This document shows positions 56,391-64,000 of a DNA stretch of 64,000 bases, piece by piece. The notes beneath the pieces are model-generated. The model was not told where the DNA came from. It did not search any database and worked only from the letters and a program-made list of their open reading frames with translations. The position numbers were made by a program, and so were the translations under genes. The stretch's first letter is position 1; every line of letters starts with the position of its first letter. The DNA is from Eledone cirrhosa (taxonomy: Eukaryota), in assembly GCA_964016885.1 (NCBI GenBank), contig OZ024740.1, forward strand, positions 378,138,001 to 378,202,000, given 5' to 3'.

Positions 56391-56522
56391 TTTCTCGTGA
56401 AGAGATTTCTTTGAGTTTCTAAACCACATTTCATGGACTCATATTCTCAGAGCGTAACTTTCCAGAAAACTTTGAATATGTTGAGAGATGTTTTGTTTCA
56501 TAGTGACGCCGAAGATTGTACT

Positions 56523-57133
56523 CTGTTTACTCGAGAGAAGACTACGTTGGTACGGTCACGTGATGCGCATGAAAGACGACAGCTGGATAAAAAAGTGCAG
56601 GGCGATAAAAATAGACGGTAGCCACGGAGTAGGTAGACCCAGAAAAACCTGGGACAATTTGATAAATTCTGACCTTACACACTTGCACCTCTCCAAGACA
56701 ATGTCACTGGACCGAGATCTTTGGCGATACACAGTAATACAGAAGACCCGCCTTGCCTAAGTACAGAGCGAAACCTACAGTCAGTAGGCACCTCTCACAA
56801 AAATACACCCCCGGCCCCCACTACCCCCACCCCATCCACACCACCCCTTCCAATGTAAAGTTATGTTGGGACCACAGCATCCAGTCCGAAACAAATAAGG
56901 GCGTGTAGGTGTCACGACAAAAAACACACAGTCCACGCTGTAATGTGGCCGTGTAGGTAACACGGTAAAAACCTCCCAGTCCACACTGTAAACGTGGTTG
57001 GTGTTAGGAATGGCATCCAGCCGTAGAAAACCCGCCAGACAGTCCTATACGAGCAAGACAACCAATCTTGCCTCAAGTGGGAAAATTCCCGTCCAAACCC
57101 ATGCTAGCGTGGAAAATGGACATTGATGATGAT
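56523..57133 (+). mobile_element. 5'-truncated RTE LINE subfamily B
   Basis: [13 protein letters not shown]...GRPRKTW; 3' UTR; GAT tail running into (TA)n. Confidence 0.92.
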
Positions 57134-57134
57134 A

Positions 57135-57175
<41 letters not shown>

Positions 57176-57580
57176 ATATATATGTGTATATATGTGTGTG
57201 TATATATATGTGTATATATATGTGTGTGTATATATATGTGTATATATATATGTGTATATATATATGTGTAGATATATATATATATATATATATATGTGTA
57301 TATATATATATATGTGTATATATATGTGTATATATATATGTATATATATATATATGTATGTATATATATATATGTATATATATGTGTATATATATATATA
57401 TATGTGTATATATATATGTATATATGTATATATATGTATATATGTATATATATATATATGTATATATATATGTATATATATATGTATATATATATATATG
57501 TATATATATATGTATATGTATATATATGTATATATATGTATATATATATGTATATGTATATATATATATGTATATATATA
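57134..57580. repeat. (TA)n/(TATG)n microsatellite
   Basis: Seen directly in the sequence. Confidence 0.97.
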
Positions 57581-58493
57581 TGTAGAAACAGTAGACAGCT
57601 TCTGCTACCTAGGTGACCGAATTAGCAACGGAGGTGGGTGCTCAGAAAGTACAATAACTAGGGTAAGAACGGGATGGAAGAAGTTTAGGGAACTACTACC
57701 ACTGCTAGCTGCAAAAGGCTTCTCCCTCAGAATGAAAGGCAGACTGTATGATGCGTGTATCCGAACAGCGATGTTGCATGGTAGTGAGACCTGGGCGCTG
57801 AAGGTGGAAGACTTATGTAGATTAGAGAGAAACGAAGCCTGCATGCTCCGATGGATGTGTAACAGTAATATACGTGAACGACAAAGCATAAATGAATTGA
57901 GAGAGAGACTGAGCATAAGAGGAATCAAATGCTGCGTGCAGGAGAGGCGGTTACGCTGGTATGGACATGTGATGCGTATGAAGGATGACAGCTGCATAAA
58001 AAGGTGCAGAGCACTAGAAGTTGATGGAAACCGCGGAGTGGGGAGACCCAAGATGACTTGGGATGAGGTGATAAAAGCCGACCTTACCCAACTACACCTC
58101 TCAAAGTCAATGACACACGACCGTGACTTCTGGCGTCACGCAGTAATACAGGGTACCCGACCTCCCATGGGTACATGCTGAAGCATATAAACAATATGCC
58201 CCCCCCCCCCCCCCCCACCGCAAGGTGGTCGTGGAGGTGCCACGGCAAAAAAGCACCCAGCCCACACTGTAAAGTAGACGTGTAGGCGCCACGAAAAAGC
58301 ACCCAGCACTCACTGTAAATGAGGTTGGTGTTAGGAAGGGCATCCAGCTGTAGAAATCAAGCCAGATCAGTTCCTGTATGAGCAAGGCATGGTCAGCCGA
58401 CCAGACACTGCCCACAACAGGACAACCCGTCTAACCCATGCTAGCGTGGAAGAACGGACGTAAAACGGTGATGATGATGATGATGATGATGAT
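57581..58493 (+). mobile_element. 5'-truncated RTE LINE subfamily A
   Basis: [12 protein letters not shown]...TRPPMGTC, nearly identical to the 18107-20375 copy; (GAT)n tail. Confidence 0.95.
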
Positions 58494-58707
58494 ATGTATA
58501 TATATATATATATGTATATATATATGTATATATATATGTATATATATATGTATATGTATATGTATATATATATGTATATATATATGTATATGTATATGTA
58601 TATATATATGTATATGTATATGTATATATATATGTATATGTATATATATATGTATGTATATATATGTATATATATATGTATATATATGTATATATATATA
58701 TATGTAT
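58494..58707. repeat. (TA)n/(TATG)n microsatellite between tail-to-tail RTEs
   Basis: Seen directly in the sequence. Confidence 0.97.
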
Positions 58708-60000
58708 ATCATCATCATCATCATCATCAACGTTTAACGTCCGTGTTCCACGCTTGCATGGGTTTGGACGGGGGTAGTCCCACTTGAGGCAAGAGTGATT
58801 GTCTTGCTCGCATAGGACTGTCTGGCAGGTTTTCTACTGTTGGATGCCCTTCCTAACACCAACCACATTTACAGTGTGGGTCTGGGAGGTTTTTACCGTG
58901 TTGCCTACACGGCCACATTACAGCGTGGACTGTGTGTTTTTTTGTCGTGACACCTACACGATCTCATTTGTTTCGGCCTGGATGGCGCGGCGCCAACATA
59001 ACTTTACATAGAACGGGGTGGTGTGGATGGGGTGGGGGTGGTGGCGGGACGGGGTGTAGTTTGTTAGAGATGCCTACTGGCAAGGCGGGTCTTCTCTGTT
59101 ACTGAGTACCGCCAAAGGTCACGGTCCAGTGTCATTGTCTTGGAGAGGTGTAAGTGTGTGAGGTCGGAGTTTATCAGCTCATCCCATGTTTTTCTAGGTC
59201 TGCCTATTCCGTGGCTACCGTCTATCTTTATTGCCCTGCACTTTGTAATACAGCTATCGACTTTCATGCGCATCACGTGTCCATACCAACGCAGCCTTCT
59301 CTCGAGTAAACAACATCTGATCCCTCTTATCTCTAATTTTTTCCTTAGTTCGTTTATGCTTTGCCGTTCACGTATATTACTGTTACACATCCAGCGGAGC
59401 ATGCAAGCTTCGTTCCTCTCTAGTCTGCGTATATCCTCTGCACACAATGCCCAGGTCTCACTACCATGCAACATTGCTGTTCGTATGCAGGCATCGTACA
59501 ACCTGCCTTTCATTTTTAGGGAGAACCCTTTAGCAGCTAATAGTGGTATAAGCTCTCTGAACTTTTTCCAACCAGTTCTGACTCTAGCTACAGTACTTTC
59601 AGAGCACCCTCCCCCACTGCTGATTTTATCGCCCAGGTAACGGAAGCTGTCCACTATTTCTATAGAACCCTCTGCGCAATTGAAAGAGCTAGTATTTTGT
59701 GGGCACTTGCTGCTACTTATTGCACCAGAACACCGGCCACATGTAAAGTCTATGTTCTTAGTTAGCTTACCTGTGATCCCACTACATCTTTTATGCACCC
59801 ATACTTTGCATTTAGGACATAAGATGGAGTTTCTACCTACGCCTTTCCTACATACCGAGCACGACCATTTCCCAGAAGGGACCGCCGCCTTGTTTTCTTT
59901 CCTACAAACTAGAACTTTGGTCTTAGCCAGGTTAATTTTAAGTCCTTTTGACTCTAGGCCGTGCTTCCATGTTTGGAATTTCTTCTCTAGCTCGGCCATA
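58708..60000 (-). mobile_element. 5'-truncated RTE LINE (B-related subfamily) with open frame
   Basis: ORF 59064-59999(-), 311 aa uninterrupted; GAT tail at 58708-58728. Confidence 0.95.
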
Positions 60001-61692
<1,692 letters not shown>

Positions 61693-62220
61693 GGAAAGTT
61701 ATATTTAAATTGTTGGGTTACAACTAGTAAATATTTATAACTGATATAAAAGCACTCAACAAGTATTTGGAGTATATTTACGATATTAAATAAATGGAAA
61801 CTATATTTATAAAACCATATTTATAACTGATATAAAAGCACTCAACAAGTATTTGGAGTATATTTACGATATTAAATAAATGGAAACTATATTTATAAAA
61901 CCATATTTATTTCATTATATATATTTCAGGGATATCATGTTAACAATATGTTATGCCTTCCTCAGACAAAATACAATATAGACAGTTTTATAGATAAATA
62001 GATTTGACATACCGTTCAACACCGACTTGTATTTGCCAAATCAACTTTTTCAAATACAAGTCGGTGTTGAACGGTATGTCAAATCTATTTATCTATAAAA
62101 CTGTCTATATTGTATTTTGTCTGAGGAAGGCATAACATATTGTTAATATGATATCCCTGAAATATATATAATGAAATAAATATGGTTTTATAAATATAGT
62201 TTCCATTTATTTAATATCGT
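61693..62220. mobile_element. Palindromic hammerhead-bearing element 2 embedded in (TA)n
   Basis: Arms 61866-62035 / 62051-62220, 15-nt spacer; left extension contains an 86-bp tandem duplication. Confidence 0.7.
62113..62178 (+). ncRNA. Type I hammerhead ribozyme (mirror copy 61908-61973 on minus strand)
   Basis: Stem I tattttgt/atgaaata; CTGAGGA 62121-27; stem II AGG-CAT-AAC...GTT..ATG..CCT; GAAA 62159-62; palindromic stem III ATATATAT; cleavage after A62170. Confidence 0.7.
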
Positions 62221-62985
<765 letters not shown>

Positions 62986-63642
62986 AATTAGTTTTGCGAG
63001 GTTTTTTATATGAAATCGTGTGTCGAAACAGATATTGTTATATTTGGGGAGGGTCATATTTGCGTAATATTGCCAGAATTAATAACAGAACACACTCACT
63101 GTTTGGTTGGTTTTCGCTTCTCGCTGTCTTTTATATATATATATCTGCGATCTAACTTACTCGGTCCTCAATGTTGCCATTGACTGACCGGCGGTCAAAA
63201 TAATACAGATACAATATAGACAAACACATATATATATAGTTTACATAAATCTTTCGTTGCACATCTGCAACATCGTCAGTGGTGTTATATTCATTGTTCC
63301 TCCTGTTGTGTTGTATGTCTACGCCATTTTTTTTGTTCAAAAAAAATGGCGTAGACATACAACACAACAGGAGGAACAATGAATATAACACCACTGACGA
63401 TGTTGCAGATGTGCAACGAAAGATTTATGTAAACTATATATATATGTGTTTGTCTATATTGTATCTGTATTATTTTTGACCGCCGGTCAGTCAATGGCAA
63501 CATTGAGGACCGAGTAAGTTAGATCGCAGATATATATATATAAAAGACAGCGAGAAGCGAAAACCAACCAAACAGTGAGTGTGTTCTGTTATTAATTCTG
63601 GCAATATTACGCAAATATGACCCTCCCCAAATATAACAATAT
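62986..63642. mobile_element. Palindromic element 3 with hammerhead-like core, embedded in (TA)n
   Basis: Arms 63032-63335 / 63338-63642, 2-nt loop, one 1-nt indel; 46-bp unpaired left extension. Confidence 0.7.
63383..63440 (+). ncRNA. Hammerhead-like motif with weak stem I (mirror ~63233-63290 on minus strand)
   Basis: CTGACGA 63394-400, T, stem II GTTGCA-gatg-TGCAAC, GAAA, near-palindromic AGATTT, A63427; stem I has only 2 contiguous pairs. Confidence 0.5.
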
Positions 63643-63667
63643 ATATATATATGTATATATATATATG

Positions 63668-63697
<30 letters not shown>

Positions 63698-63698
<1 letters not shown>

Positions 63699-64000
63699 CT
63701 ATAGAAATAGTGGACAGCTTCCGTTACCTGGGCGATAAAATCAGCAGTGGGGGAGGGTGCTCTGAAAGTACTGTAGCTAGAGTCAGAACTGGTTGGAAAA
63801 AGTTCAGAGAGCTTATACCACTATTAGCTGCTAAAGGGTTCTCCCTAAAAATGAAAGGCAGGTTGTACGATGCCTGCATACGAACAGCAATGTTTGCATG
63901 GTAGTGAGACCTGGGCATTGTGTGCAGAGGATATACGCAGACTAGAGAGGAACGAAGCTTGCATGCTCCGCTGGATGTGTAACAGTAATATACGTGAACG
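63698..64000 (+). mobile_element. 5'-truncated RTE LINE running off the window; inverted twin of 59365-59666
   Basis: [20 protein letters not shown]...; identical to the minus-strand copy except for one extra T. Confidence 0.93.

Overview
AT-rich animal genomic DNA. The repeat repertoire (RTE LINEs with (GAT)n tails, tRNA-derived SINEs, mariner, long (TA)n tracts) suggests a cephalopod such as octopus; this is inference only. The window holds 20 phase-consistent GT-AG coding exons (2310 nt, 770 codons, + strand, 12014-53947) of a USP47-like deubiquitinase. Its first exon was not located and its C-terminal exons lie beyond the window. Introns contain two mariner remnants, a CR1-type LINE, many RTE LINE copies (whose ORF carries a PHD-like C4HC3 finger), two SINE families and several MITEs. 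The most notable signal is three sequence-unrelated, (TA)n-flanked head-to-head palindromic elements at 31.1-32.2 kb, 61.7-62.2 kb and 63.0-63.6 kb. Each carries a minimal type I hammerhead-ribozyme motif in both arms, pointing outward; two motifs are well paired and the third is weaker. In the first element both arms are longer than one unit of a circularly permuted ~404-434 nt monomer, as expected for copies of a circular RNA (retrozyme or Penelope-like pseudo-LTR). All structures were read by eye; no folding or database search was run.
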